From: a virus
Lineage: Duplodnaviria; Caudoviricetes
DNA length: 64,000 nt
Virus record (IMG/VR): IMGVR_UViG_3300037400_002732
Location: 96,001 to 160,000 of that record
Reading direction: 5' to 3' (one strand)
Below are positions 47,901 to 59,200 of this stretch, piece after piece. The notes below the pieces were generated by a model, which was not told where the DNA came from, ran no database searches, and worked only from the letters and a program-made list of their open reading frames with translations. A program made the position numbers and the translations under genes. Positions within the stretch are counted from its first letter, which is position 1. Every line of letters begins with the position of its first letter.

Positions 47901-49893
47901 TGTCGTTATGGGAGCCGAACTGTGCAGTACTAGTCAAGTATTGGATTATGACCATCGGTTCGATACTTATCCAAAAGTCGGCGATGCTGAGATCTATGTT
48001 GGCGGCACGACGTATCTTGTTACAAGTGGTACATGGAAAGTTATTGACCCGTCGGAACTACTGACTCCGACGACGATTTACTGCCGTCATAACTTATTTG
48101 ACGAAAGTACTACCAATCCGACGTTCGCTATGGGGGATTCATTCGTAATCAATAAGATTACTGTGCCAAGCCAAGGTGCTAATTATGCGGAAATTCAGAC
48201 ATCTAAGCGTATTCCGGAATTGGATGTAGATAATGCGAACGGTATCTATGCCGACAAGGGTCGCGTGTACATTGAAAACGTGAACCAAGGCGTGTTCTGT
48301 GGATGGCATACAATTAAGGAAATTCATAACGGCGGTTCATTTAGCATTTACATTGATACTACCATACCGGTTGGAGATTACATTGCACCCATAACGAACC
48401 GCCAGATGACTGTTCGCGTTGGTCGATGGTACAAATATACGCTAAGTGGCTATGATTGGTCGAAGAGAAGTAACTTGACTTCTTATGTTACGACGAACAA
48501 GATACTCGAAATCGGTACGAATACCGCTCGTATTAAGACCAAGTACGCACATAACCTCAATGTAGGCGATCATGTCTTGATTGATCCGACTGGTAGTACT
48601 GTCTACAATGTTTCTGCTGCCAATGTCGATACTATTATTCAGACGAAGGTGACTGCGGTCATCGACGATTATACTGTTGAGCTTGAAAGAGCAATGGAAC
48701 CAAACGAAGGCGGCTACATTTTCCGTGGCTATATCATTAACAACGGAAAGAACCTTAGCCGTCTTAGTGGCGAATACTTTATCAGTATCAATGGAGAGAC
48801 GGTCAAGCTGTCTGATGGTGACGTGGTTGTTACTATGGGTCAAGTGTGCTTGGATGAGCGCAGGGCATGGCGTGTCACTGAAAAGACTGCATGGATACCG
48901 ATGATGGATAAGCGTACGTTCAAGATTGATCGTATGGCAGTAGATATGCAACACAACCCAGCATATGATATCGGTGATGATTTCGATACGGAATCGGAAT
49001 ATAAGTATGTTACTTACGCTGATTCCGATGTATCGGCTGACGAGTCTGCATATCAGATAGGATGGGCCAGTGCTCGTAACTATCACTTCGAACATCCGTA
49101 TGTCGAAAACCTTGACACTACACAGAAGACAGAGCTTGAGTATTCCTCGAAGTATGACTATGCTACGGTGGCACCTCGTGACGATATGGATCCTACGTTC
49201 AATGGCGTCCCTGATATGGGATATCCGCTTGCGGAACGTATCGAGCGACTGGCGTATCTTCGTGACCCAGAAGTCATTGATCTTGACTTGATCGGTTACT
49301 TGGCTCGATTCATGGGCTATGACATTACTGCCGTCGCCGACGACATTCGCTCTAGCAACATTTACCGTAACAGCGAAGAACGCGAGAAGGCTGTTCGAGA
49401 GACTGTCGCTCATTTGCCGCAATTCTATGCGCTGAATGGTACTAAGGCTGGCATCAATATGCTGATGGCTACTTTTGGTCTTGTTGGCGAACTCATCACC
49501 CAGTGGACTAATACGGACGATCCGTATGGCGAGTTGATTCGCCAAGATGAAGTGGCTGACCGTATGGATGCCGACTTGAAACATGGTATTACGACATCGT
49601 CATGGGTTCCTACTCCTCACGTTACCCTCGATATCTTGGAAAATGAAAATTTCAACAGTGTTCTGCTTGGTAACGAAGAAATTTCACGGATGAAAGAGCA
49701 GATTCGTTGCTGCAAGCCGATTAACGTCGTGTTTGACGGCATTCGAGTCGTGTATGACGTGACTATACCGGCGGATGTGCAGTTGGTAGTCGGAGAATCC
49801 GAATTGGTTGATTCTACATACCTTCTGGACGCTGATGATGCTGACATTGAGTTGAATAGAGACCCTTGCGTGGGCGAAGATTGCGACTTTTAG
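44932..49893 (+). CDS. Large baseplate wedge protein (gp7/P2-I-like)
   Basis: N-terminal YLPEFLR..FLQ; C-terminal LRDPEVID..YLARFMG, FYALNGTKAGI, KPINV; follows gp6. Confidence 0.7.
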   Translation: MNPIVYNKNGQYRFTDFVGYLPEFLRSEPDVVTFLQVMSDYINNAYRNVNVTEEFELVKVCSSTDRTIVEKWMNKLNNMFRLACDRSESVLYLSVPRNNVKNNVALGNGNAEYVRTIEVDLADIVDSLPSASERIGGASAMDDGDVVYVKYRKRKLSEMVAYYYAKDSNTLIKDPKATSQDPFTETYNNPSTAVQFDVIDVGNVVCRYGGKHDDVVYYEVYFPLHVTNVKRVAESGIAKYDVNSDGKDDEIYVDYYNLTSAVNTDDGTYNTYIKFGKSKGFNWTGEIPTGMFYFRDSSAAKLANLSGSSTMEIADTLTAPSVDRYRIKKVIKTAGTYRAYMEAFPGVYANALFYIVNGAKNCGVYRMNGDITAQSRFDDGELYIDLVNVSGNDYDRDILNDNNTLTLISIPLAASKYIINFNDSMPLVKWSNEITGLGESVIGLASNIMMQRAKITRNPLLYKGTVDRLTRDTIQLPIDLTGIVVSGNLICSTAFQNDDNVSPYYATVTSAYWDPNIDRFRLTVAPGANLNLSEIQSNPSIEIYGVTAGYLTSLAEDYAYSPESELVCFKGKWRIDIEPNDLLRVTLPMGDETKDCLLTVVKADMYKELVYVKKPAGFTFSFDVDDMLMASIERVAVDLDDRKASINKVNYVKELADGTVMAAVNNRSYEGDIYTAEDFLEHSQHFYMLANIIGSDEYSLLEMDTDVLKFVPGHAYSANQYVYNDNDKKIYKIIRQTTVQPDGTTIDSNASAEDRIVHYSVGFIEIQNSYMPYCGPVASLDYEEKPNYMGDMSEVRIPLYIKKINDVRLKYGWNQRQYVYYNDDIGVAPLDRAGFIEMYADKVSTNADRNPVELNLRKRAHVLPANAMRYGCGSQYYVLDIDSPPVAQRSDDGSWVITVKSSGHGLSDGVIVSASVDTGTGDTEAEIKEAVFNSDNAVVTVISPDVIQYTTAAPSISGYIVSLGGDDKLTVTYDRSYLDDPTAYPTEGDVVVMGAELCSTSQVLDYDHRFDTYPKVGDAEIYVGGTTYLVTSGTWKVIDPSELLTPTTIYCRHNLFDESTTNPTFAMGDSFVINKITVPSQGANYAEIQTSKRIPELDVDNANGIYADKGRVYIENVNQGVFCGWHTIKEIHNGGSFSIYIDTTIPVGDYIAPITNRQMTVRVGRWYKYTLSGYDWSKRSNLTSYVTTNKILEIGTNTARIKTKYAHNLNVGDHVLIDPTGSTVYNVSAANVDTIIQTKVTAVIDDYTVELERAMEPNEGGYIFRGYIINNGKNLSRLSGEYFISINGETVKLSDGDVVVTMGQVCLDERRAWRVTEKTAWIPMMDKRTFKIDRMAVDMQHNPAYDIGDDFDTESEYKYVTYADSDVSADESAYQIGWASARNYHFEHPYVENLDTTQKTELEYSSKYDYATVAPRDDMDPTFNGVPDMGYPLAERIERLAYLRDPEVIDLDLIGYLARFMGYDITAVADDIRSSNIYRNSEEREKAVRETVAHLPQFYALNGTKAGINMLMATFGLVGELITQWTNTDDPYGELIRQDEVADRMDADLKHGITTSSWVPTPHVTLDILENENFNSVLLGNEEISRMKEQIRCCKPINVVFDGIRVVYDVTIPADVQLVVGESELVDSTYLLDADDADIELNRDPCVGEDCDF

Positions 49894-49912
49894 TCGTGTG
49901 TTCCGTGTTGGA

Positions 49913-49924
49913 AACTAATAAACT
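49913..49924 (+). promoter_or_regulatory. Late promoter variant AACTAATAAACT
   Basis: 27 nt before ATG 49952; within the hairpin GAAACTA-ATAAAC-TAGTTTC. Confidence 0.7.
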
Positions 49925-49951
49925 AGTTTCTGCATAACATTGGAACATGCG

Positions 49952-52900
49952 ATGAAGAAAGTAATTACCGACAATGGCCTCAATTTGATCAACCAGACTC
50001 GTGCTGATGGCACTACCCAGTACTGGATTGGATATTACGGTCTGGCGTATGTGCCGGACGAAACTCGTGATAATGATCCTATTACCGCCAGCATGACTCA
50101 GCTGACTAAGACTGGTGACAACATCTACAATATCTTCCAAGGATCGATGACGCCGGTAGGCTTTGATACCGACATAGGTGATTCTGCTGCATACCGTCTG
50201 TTCAATGAATGCATGTACACGGCGAACATTGCTCAGAAGTTCCGCTATGTATTGGACGAAAACGGAAATAACCAGCTTATTGTGTTCGCCGATGCTGCTA
50301 ATTTGACAGCAGATCAGTCCGCTGGATTGGTTGAATATCAACGTTATAAAGGTGTTCAATATGATCCGCAAAATAATGATGAGGTGAATGCATCTGAATT
50401 GCCAATTCCGGCACCACTGTACTACTTGGGTGAACCGGTCGATTACAATGTGACTGCTGAACAAGCTGACCGAGCAATGAATGCTGCCACCGTATCATGT
50501 GATACTCGTGTGTATAAGGGCAATGCCACTACGCAGCCGCCTTCTGTTCAGACGGAGACTAATGTCTGGGCAAGTAACTCTGATAAATATTCATGGGCCG
50601 ACAGCAAGGGCAACACTTACGACGACCAAGTATCTACGTCAAACAACTTTAAGTATCTGAAGCGATATTGGCAGTATCAGAGCGTGTCAAACTTTAACCG
50701 TTTCCATGCACCGGCTAACTCTGCTGGTTACTTTGTTGATAGTGAGCCAGCTTGCAGCAATTTGGCTAAAGCGACACGTCTGTTCCCAATTTCGCACTAT
50801 GACGTGATTAACACCAAAGATGATGAAAAGGTTGACTCCGTCAAGTACACCATTTCGCTTGATTTGGGCGATATGTTGACTAAGACGACTAACCGTAGTA
50901 CCAAGTATTATCAGCCGTCTGACGGAAATACGACGTTGACCGAAACGAGCGGCGACAATTATCGTATGGGCGTAAAATTCAACCGTATTGGTATATATGC
51001 GGTTCCGGTGTCCTTGCGTGTGTTTGATGATGATGCAGTCGGCTCGTCGAACTGCGGCGACCATAATATCCAGATGCAGATCTCTGGTAATGAAGACCCG
51101 ATTTTGTTCGCGGTTATGGACTTACCGTCACCGATTGTACTTAGTGAAGATGGCTTGCAAAAGTATGTGTTCCATTTCCAAGTACAAATGAAAGGCGGCA
51201 ATGTAGTTGATGATGCATCAATCTATTACAACTTGTATGAAAATGACGCGATTACGTGGTATAAGAATCAGCTGATAGCAAACGCCAGCACCGCCGAAGC
51301 AGTAACTTCGCTTGGTGTTCAGATGGCGTACTTGCGTCAGCAGATTAACGACATGAATTCTGGCAGCGATGCATGCGGTATTGGCGACGATGGCGATCGT
51401 TATGCCCTCGAAGGTCATACGCATGATTACATGAAGAACATCGTTGACTCGCAAGGCGCTGGAAATGGTGCAGTACGAGGAATCTATACAAAAGAAGAAG
51501 GCCGACCGATTAAGATTTACCAAATTGCTGACAGAGGTGTGCAATTCGACGAAGTCACTCAAACTCTTCGATATACCGACGATAATACGCAAGTGCCTCT
51601 ATTGATCAATTCTGCAAGCTATATGTCTGGTAAGGACTCGATGACTCTTGGGTCTGACAGCGCGACTATCGGTAGTTATTCCATCAACATGAGCGACTAC
51701 GGTATTCTAGGTCAAGATTCCAAGAGTGTTCTTTTGATGGGCGGTCGTGGTAAAAGCGGCGATTATGATGATTTCCATTTGGCTGTAGATAACACTCGCA
51801 ATAGTATTATTAACATCGAACACGGCGAAATCCGTTCTATGAGGGGTAGCCTGTGGTTGGGCGATGTTCAGAATATTTGTTCCGGCAATGTATTACATAC
51901 CATTGGTGTCGGCAAGAACGATGTTACCGATAATCGTTGGAACCAGTATAGCAATATTGAGGGTGTGCACAGCGGATCATCAAGTTATAACGTGTTGGTC
52001 GGTTATAATCGCCTTATGGGATATTTGCAACGCTCGGTTATTGTTGGTATAGATGAAAGTGGTTCACCACAGAATGTAGCTATGTATAATCCGTTTGCCG
52101 ACATGGATGCGGAGTACATGAAGTATGTGAATTACTTGTCTGAAAAGTCTAAGCTTTTCCCCACTAAGGGAAGAGGCGTGGAAGATGTCGTTTCTGCTGG
52201 TTATAGGAATGATTTTGGAACTGGGTTATCGACCGCCTTGGTTATTGGTAAGGATCTGGACGGTCTTGTCGGTACGGTAAACAGTATTATGGTTGGTTCT
52301 CGACAAAATAACGCACTGCCGTACTACAACCCAAATATTGTTCTGACCGTCGATGAGTTTAACGCACGATACGGCACTGATGACACGGAACCGTATCCGG
52401 CTGACGATCCGATTTGGTATAGCCACGATGATGGTGATATCATGGTTGTCGGGGATGGTAAATTATATTTCCGTGATGGGGTAGGTTCATCTAGCAGTGT
52501 CAAAACGCGTGATGTAAGGGGTGTCACTCTGTATATTACTTATACCAATAATGAGTGGGATACTGGTATAACTATTGGTAGAAATCGTGACAATCCAGAC
52601 GATCCCACCATATTTAACGAAGGATCTCGTGCTAAAAGGTATGCCGACCTATACAGTAAACCTGGCCATAACAAAAACATGGTCATGCTTGGCGATGACA
52701 TTAACGTAGGTTATGGCAGCGAAAGCAGTATTGTCATGGGTGACTATAGCGGTACGCGTAAGATTACCGTGAAGAACTCGTTTATTAATTTCCTTGGTGA
52801 CCAGACGGCGTTTAACGCCAACTCGACCAGCGGGCCGTGCTCCACATTTGACAATGTATGGTGGATTGGTCACGCTAAGGGTAAGGACTCGACTTCGAAT

Positions 52901-54487
52901 AATAATTGTACTGGTCATATTGTTGGCGCACAAGCCGATTCGAACTATGATAATGGCGTGTATCGCGACCGCTTCGTATTCATCGGCGAAAATGATAAGG
53001 ATTTCGCTCATTCGTATTGGTACGGCATGGCTGACAATAACAGACCGAAAGACATCGTGAAATTACCGAATTCGCTTGAATGGGAATACTCTTACCAAGA
53101 TGTATATCAGACGACAAAGTCGCCGATGATTTACACTGGCGGTATTGCGCTTGGCGGATATGGTGTGGAGGAATGCAACTTTATGTTGCTTAAAGTTGGT
53201 TACTCACGTGGTTCTTCGTCGTTCGTTGATCCAACTATGGTAGCGATTAACGTTGCAGAAGGTATAAATACTACTCCAAATATATCTACGCCAGACACTA
53301 CAGTTGGTAAAATTATACGCAGTAATAAGCTTTGCGGGCCGTGGACAGAAGGCGCTGATAATACGACGACGTCATATATACTTCATCCGTACAAGGAGAA
53401 GGTTGGTGTATTGGCCGCTGGGTCAACTTCTCTGGAAGCCAATATCGAACCGACTGGATATACGTTAAAAGAGATTGTTTCCGCAAAGTTTGTCATAAGA
53501 GCACTGAATTCTCCATCTAATTCTGAGCCGATTGCCACGGTGGATGCTACTTGGGCGGCAACTAGCCTTGTATGGGCGACGTTGGACGCTCCGTATTCGG
53601 TTGCCTATGATTATTACATCGAGGCTAATATCGAGTATTCTGATGCTGTGACTGTATATGATTACTTTGATGATACCGGTGATGCAGCACATCATTTCAT
53701 GGTGGATTGTCCGTATAAGGGTATGTCGCTCGTGGTTCAAGACAAGCAAGAGCTTGACGGTACGTTGCATGTTGGCCTCGGTATGGCTAATGTCCATGAA
53801 TACGGAAATACCAGGTACCTCAGCATTGCATGCCAGTATATTTCGGATAATTATACGTTGCATGTTAGTGGCAACATGTCCGGAAGTCTGAAACTGGATT
53901 GTACGTTTGATTCTGCGACTCAACAGTTGAACACAGATTACCGCGTATATGATACTTTGGATGGACTAAAGTTGTATGGCTATGTAAGATATACTCAAGA
54001 AGGGGCTGGCACAGAGCCATGCCCGCCAGTAACCGGAAGTTCCACGCCTATCATATGTCACTTGAGCAATGTCCACCTATTTATTCCTATGGATAAGGGT
54101 TATTTGGTGGATATGTTTAAGCTGACTGATTCTGGCGGCCAGAATATCGATTATGGCGATAGATCTGACAACTGGATCATGTTCACTGGAGGTAGCATGT
54201 TAATTCCGTCCTACCTATCCATTAGAAATATGAATGAAATGTTCCCAGAATTCGTGCATATAACCGCGCAACTGCAACAGTACTATATCGGAAGCACTGA
54301 TCCTCATAAAATTAGGTTTACGGCAAATCATATGTACAAGTTTACTCCAGTCGAATGGCGTCGAGGCGATGGTAGTGTTGTCACTAGCAGTTATGATAGT
54401 TCTGAAACTACGTACATTACTCGCTATGAAGATTGGTCTGCCGATCGGATAGCGGTTGAAGGGCTCACTCTTGAAGGCATCAGTTAA
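49952..54487 (+). CDS. Baseplate-attached tail fibre/spike protein
   Basis: MKKVITDNGLNLI N-terminus, FNRIGIYA..LFAV, GHTHD, beta-helix-like G/N/S repeats. Confidence 0.65.
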   Translation: MKKVITDNGLNLINQTRADGTTQYWIGYYGLAYVPDETRDNDPITASMTQLTKTGDNIYNIFQGSMTPVGFDTDIGDSAAYRLFNECMYTANIAQKFRYVLDENGNNQLIVFADAANLTADQSAGLVEYQRYKGVQYDPQNNDEVNASELPIPAPLYYLGEPVDYNVTAEQADRAMNAATVSCDTRVYKGNATTQPPSVQTETNVWASNSDKYSWADSKGNTYDDQVSTSNNFKYLKRYWQYQSVSNFNRFHAPANSAGYFVDSEPACSNLAKATRLFPISHYDVINTKDDEKVDSVKYTISLDLGDMLTKTTNRSTKYYQPSDGNTTLTETSGDNYRMGVKFNRIGIYAVPVSLRVFDDDAVGSSNCGDHNIQMQISGNEDPILFAVMDLPSPIVLSEDGLQKYVFHFQVQMKGGNVVDDASIYYNLYENDAITWYKNQLIANASTAEAVTSLGVQMAYLRQQINDMNSGSDACGIGDDGDRYALEGHTHDYMKNIVDSQGAGNGAVRGIYTKEEGRPIKIYQIADRGVQFDEVTQTLRYTDDNTQVPLLINSASYMSGKDSMTLGSDSATIGSYSINMSDYGILGQDSKSVLLMGGRGKSGDYDDFHLAVDNTRNSIINIEHGEIRSMRGSLWLGDVQNICSGNVLHTIGVGKNDVTDNRWNQYSNIEGVHSGSSSYNVLVGYNRLMGYLQRSVIVGIDESGSPQNVAMYNPFADMDAEYMKYVNYLSEKSKLFPTKGRGVEDVVSAGYRNDFGTGLSTALVIGKDLDGLVGTVNSIMVGSRQNNALPYYNPNIVLTVDEFNARYGTDDTEPYPADDPIWYSHDDGDIMVVGDGKLYFRDGVGSSSSVKTRDVRGVTLYITYTNNEWDTGITIGRNRDNPDDPTIFNEGSRAKRYADLYSKPGHNKNMVMLGDDINVGYGSESSIVMGDYSGTRKITVKNSFINFLGDQTAFNANSTSGPCSTFDNVWWIGHAKGKDSTSNNNCTGHIVGAQADSNYDNGVYRDRFVFIGENDKDFAHSYWYGMADNNRPKDIVKLPNSLEWEYSYQDVYQTTKSPMIYTGGIALGGYGVEECNFMLLKVGYSRGSSSFVDPTMVAINVAEGINTTPNISTPDTTVGKIIRSNKLCGPWTEGADNTTTSYILHPYKEKVGVLAAGSTSLEANIEPTGYTLKEIVSAKFVIRALNSPSNSEPIATVDATWAATSLVWATLDAPYSVAYDYYIEANIEYSDAVTVYDYFDDTGDAAHHFMVDCPYKGMSLVVQDKQELDGTLHVGLGMANVHEYGNTRYLSIACQYISDNYTLHVSGNMSGSLKLDCTFDSATQQLNTDYRVYDTLDGLKLYGYVRYTQEGAGTEPCPPVTGSSTPIICHLSNVHLFIPMDKGYLVDMFKLTDSGGQNIDYGDRSDNWIMFTGGSMLIPSYLSIRNMNEMFPEFVHITAQLQQYYIGSTDPHKIRFTANHMYKFTPVEWRRGDGSVVTSSYDSSETTYITRYEDWSADRIAVEGLTLEGIS

Positions 54488-54540
54488 TAAACATAAAATG
54501 AAGTAATTTAATTAACGAAACAACAAAAAGGAATACATAT

Positions 54541-55077
54541 ATGCAGATTTCTCGTCGCAAGGTTATTGAGCTTGGTCTTACTTTGATGCAAGCTGAAAGC
54601 CTTTTCAAGCTTCCGATTTCCGGTAGGTTCTATTACGCTTGTGTGAAGAACCGCGAATTGGGCCGTGAAGAATACAAGCTCTCCATGGAGGCTAATCCGT
54701 ATCCTCAGCAGTTCAACGAATATGAAACCAAGCGTGTCGCCATTCTCAACGAAGTCGGAGAATCGGTTAAGCCGGGATTTTCCAAGATGGATGATCGCGA
54801 ACGTGACGCAATCGTCAATTCTCGTGATGAAAAGGTCATGCCGACTGAAAAGCGTGAAATGCTTCTAAAGCGTTTGAATGACCTCTCCACAGAATATAAA
54901 GACCTTCTCCAAGAGGTTGATGCGGTGAATGTTCGCCGTAAGGAATTCTTGGACGAAGTTGATGATTATCCGATCAAGACGGTCAAGTTGTCTGATATTC
55001 CGGAAGTCGTGAAAGGAAACGGTTTCGATATCTTCCTTTCTCTCGATCCGATGATTATCGACGACGCCGAGGCATAA
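54541..55077 (+). CDS. Small helical protein, possible fibre chaperone
   Basis: AAGGA SD; lies between fibre genes; TAATAAAC upstream. Confidence 0.6.
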   Translation: MQISRRKVIELGLTLMQAESLFKLPISGRFYYACVKNRELGREEYKLSMEANPYPQQFNEYETKRVAILNEVGESVKPGFSKMDDRERDAIVNSRDEKVMPTEKREMLLKRLNDLSTEYKDLLQEVDAVNVRRKEFLDEVDDYPIKTVKLSDIPEVVKGNGFDIFLSLDPMIIDDAEA

Positions 55078-56207
55078 TGAGTACACTCAGCGGATGCCTT
55101 GTTGTTCGTAATGGAAAGAAAAGCGTCGTGCGTTGTCTCGACGCTTTACTTCCAGTTGTGAACGAGTATGTCATTATTGACACTGGCTCGAAGGATGGAA
55201 CTATCGAACTTATCAAGTCTTGGTCTGGTAATCATCCGAATACCAGGATTGTCTTGGTGAACGTGGGTCGAAAGTTTCATGACGATGACGGTATTTTTGA
55301 CTTTGGCGCAGCAAAGAACTACGCTATTTCGAGGGCTACTTGTGATTATGTGATGTGGATCGACGTTAATGACGAGGTGCTTCGTCCGAACGAAGTCCGT
55401 ATTGCATTCGACAAGATTACGGCCAAGATGCCTCATGCGAGCATAACGATGCTTACCGAGGTGGATAGGACGTTTGCGTTTCCTCGTGTCCGTATTGCTC
55501 CGAGGGCTACCGCGAAGTTCATTGGGGCTATCCATGAATACATGGTCAATGAAGACCCAGAAAACGTCATTGTCACGACGCGGTTTCGTATAAGGAACGT
55601 AAAGACGTGCCGAGATATTGCTCGAAACGTCGCCAGTCTGATGAAGGAATGGAAGATTGCCCATACCCAGCGAATCGCATTCTATCTAGGCAATTCGGCG
55701 AGGGACATGAATGATTTCTTTACTGCGCTTGACTGGTACACGGTGACTGTGGATGAATTTCCAGATTCACTGAACGAGGAAAGGGCAAAGTCCATCGAAG
55801 CGTTGTGCGATATAGCTCTACGTGAAAACATGCTGGATATTCTGAACGACCGTTCGATGCAGCTCATTAACGAGTTGCCTGATAGGCCGGAAGGTTACTA
55901 TTACCGAGCGAAGTATCAGTATGCCATGAAGAACTACAAGCTGGCTATCAAGTCGCTGGAGAAGCTGATGCAGCTCAATGTAAGGGTTCGCCCCACTCAC
56001 ATGTGGATCAATCCTAACATCTACGATAGGCATGAGCATCTTGAAATGCTGAAGGAAGCCCAAGCAAAGGCCGAATACAGTAACATGACTCCAATCGCCC
56101 CTTGTATCGAGGACGCCAATATGGCGTTGCAGAATGGGCGCTACGTTGGGCGGATGAGCACTGCGTTAGGTGACTTCGGCACTCCGATGTTCCAATACTC
56201 GAATTAA
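55077..56207 (+). CDS. GT2 glycosyltransferase with TPR repeats (SunS-like architecture)
   Basis: LSGCLVVRN, IDTGSKDGT, DFGAAKNYA, WIDVND, FIGAIHE; TPR-like FYLGNS..., PDRPEGYY..A. Confidence 0.85.
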   Translation: MSTLSGCLVVRNGKKSVVRCLDALLPVVNEYVIIDTGSKDGTIELIKSWSGNHPNTRIVLVNVGRKFHDDDGIFDFGAAKNYAISRATCDYVMWIDVNDEVLRPNEVRIAFDKITAKMPHASITMLTEVDRTFAFPRVRIAPRATAKFIGAIHEYMVNEDPENVIVTTRFRIRNVKTCRDIARNVASLMKEWKIAHTQRIAFYLGNSARDMNDFFTALDWYTVTVDEFPDSLNEERAKSIEALCDIALRENMLDILNDRSMQLINELPDRPEGYYYRAKYQYAMKNYKLAIKSLEKLMQLNVRVRPTHMWINPNIYDRHEHLEMLKEAQAKAEYSNMTPIAPCIEDANMALQNGRYVGRMSTALGDFGTPMFQYSN

Positions 56208-56213
56208 ATGATC

Positions 56214-56239
56214 AATCCGGCGGAAACGTCGGATTTTTC
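56214..56239 (+). terminator. Rho-independent terminator
   Basis: AATCCGGCG-GAAA-CGTCGGATT followed by TTT. Confidence 0.8.
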
Positions 56240-56249
56240 AGTCCCCATG

Positions 56250-56261
56250 AACTGATAAACT
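56250..56261 (+). promoter_or_regulatory. Late promoter motif AACTGATAAACT
   Basis: Perfect copy 25 nt before ATG 56287. Confidence 0.75.
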
Positions 56262-56286
56262 ATGAACAAACTGATTTTGGACGCTT

Positions 56287-59200
56287 ATGGCTAACCAACA
56301 CGCTAACTTACATGAATTGACGAAGCAGCTAGATGTACTGACATGGAATGCTCGCAGCGTGCTTAACGCACTTATTCGCTCGGCTATGAAGGCTGGGTCT
56401 AGCAGTGGTTTTACTGTGCAACGTGCCGGTGAAACCATACAGATGACGAAGGAAGACATTTTCAAGATTTACAACTTCTACGAGAAGTGGGAAAGCCTCG
56501 GCTATCCGAACGACGAAGAAACTTTTAATGCGCTCCTTGATGCTGAAAATGCTTACTACCAAGGATCCGACGAAGTTACCGAGTCGTTGGTCAAGCATGC
56601 GAAGACTATCTGGCAAGATACCACGAATAAGGGTTCTGATACGGAATATTGGATTAACCGAATCAGAACGACTGAAAATGTGAAGTGGTTTACCAATACG
56701 GCGCCGATTCCGTTGAATATCCGTACGCCTATTTATGACGAAAACTTGTCTACAAAGACGTACGACTCGTACGAAACATATTTGTTCCCAAGCAGTTACT
56801 ACGCTATTGACACCCTTGGTTATGTTGGTGATGGAAGTACCCATACGGCTGGCGGCAATGAATGGCTGTTCGATGTCCAGAATAGGTTCAGCGTTCATAC
56901 GGACGTGATTCAGCTTGGGTATCAAGATAATGATATAGTTGAACTTTATGCTTCTCTGTACTCTGACAAGACGCCGAAGTGTGCCCTTGAGGGTGGCATC
57001 AATTCCGGTGCATTCGACGAATGCTCGTTTGCATATGGTATCGACAACCAAGTGAATAATGTATGTGCGGTTGCTATTGGTGGTAAATACAATCTTGTGA
57101 CTGGATCGAGTGCTGGCATTATTGCTGGTCATGATAATACCGCCGCTATGGGTAATGGAGTTATTGCTGGCGGTGTATATAACAAACTCGGCAGCGGAAC
57201 TGAAGGCTTTGCTGCGAACAGCTATAACAATGTAGGCGGATATAGTTACGAATTTACTCGTTATATCGGTAATAGCGGAAGCGTTACCGAATGTGATCCG
57301 ACTTATACTCCACCGGATCGTCCGAATTGTACATACTATTATGCTGGCCTAGATGCAACAACTGGGGCCGGTGGTTCTTCGTTGGGTCTCAATCAGTTCT
57401 ATGTGTCGAATAAGACTGTGACTGCGTCCGGAATGCTAGGTGCGGGTTTACAAATAAGTTCTGGAAGTGAAAATGGGCAAACGTCTCCGTTTGACTTCAA
57501 AATTTCAGACTTGGTTACATTGTTTGCAATTTCTGTAACTAATAGACACGCTAAAGGCTGCAAGAGCGTTGTTGCAACAGTGACGAATATTGAGAAGCAT
57601 ACTGCCAAGGGCATTGTTCCGATGAGTAGTCCGGACTTGGCTGATGGATATGTTGTGACTATCAATAAGGACTTTACTGCAAAGACATTCACCGACTTGG
57701 GTGGATACAGTATTAGTGGTGGCTATGTTTGTAGACACGTTGCACAAGATTATCCGATGGTAAATACATTTAATGAATGGATTGATACTTACCCTCACCA
57801 GTGCTCTGATAGTGCTGCACTTGGTTACAACAATATTGCTGCTGGCCGAGGACAAGTTGTGGTCGGCGCGTCCAATATCGAGCTGTTACGTCCTAATTTC
57901 ATTGTTGGTTCCGGTTCTTCCTATATTAATGCAAATGATTTCCATCGCGAAAATTCATTCGTGTCGTCTCCGCATTATACTTACATGATGTCGTCTCGGT
58001 ATATCGTCAGCGGTGTTGCTCAATTTACTACCGCATACATTCACGGCGATCCGGACTGGGAAAGTGCTCGCGAATACGATGAAGACTATCTGCACGGCGT
58101 TGAAAAATATGCTGGCTTCTTTGCATATTCGAATAACTGGTATTACGAAGACGAAGGTCGCGCAGTCCTTCGCGTATTCCACGAAAAGAGTGTGCTCGCA
58201 ATAGGCGAAAATGGCTTGGTTCTATATGAACCGAAGACGGAAAAGAATGAACAGACTCGTACCGTCTGGAATGAACTGTATTCTCGGAATGGCGGAATTG
58301 CACTCCATAGCGGATCGTTCTTGGAAAGTGGAGAACAGACTGTTGATAACAACTGGCTGGACTTCTATAACAACTGGACTGGCCGTACCGCTACTCCGGG
58401 CGACGATCATTCGATTACTATATGGGCCAAGGGCGACGTTGGCATGCATGGCGGAACAATGTGGCTACACTCCAGCAATTATATCCACATGGAATGCAAT
58501 GCATTGACTATTAGTGGCAACACTCGTGCGGCTCTGTCAGCACAGCCGACGAACTACGGCGTGGAATGCTACAATAAGGCCGCTGCACGAATTGATACAA
58601 TCAAGGATTGTGGCCACTTCTACGTGGATAAATCTGAATCTGGAATGTTGAATGATTATGACTTGGGTACGCAGTTCAAAAATTTACAGTCGAACAGCTA
58701 TCATGTGTTTACGTCAAGCAAGCTGATTAGCCATGCTGCTAGTGGTGATACGTATGATGTGGCTCAGATCGTAATTCCGGCCAACCTATTGCCGTCATGT
58801 AATCGCGCTATACGTGGCTCTGATATGATTCCTCACCCGATGGTGATTTCTAACCGTATGACGCATTACCCGACTAATATTCAGAATGATGTTACTGGCC
58901 GTGATTCGAATTTAGGTGGTTATTTGTATGAGGAACTTGCATACTTGTCTGACATCAAGACGATGCAGACTAAGGTAATGCAAAACATGTCAGCGCCAGC
59001 ATATACATCTTACTATGGTAATGTATGCCGTGTTGATATGGATTCTGTAGTTGCTGGATATTCTGCCGCTAGCGTACAAGATACGTACTTAGCTTCGCTT
59101 ACTGATGCGGCTGCGGCCACGTCATTCAATGCGGCTAATACGGTGTCTAGCTATTCAGCTGGTTCTGATGGCGGTTATAAGCTCGTCCGCTCGTCTGGAT

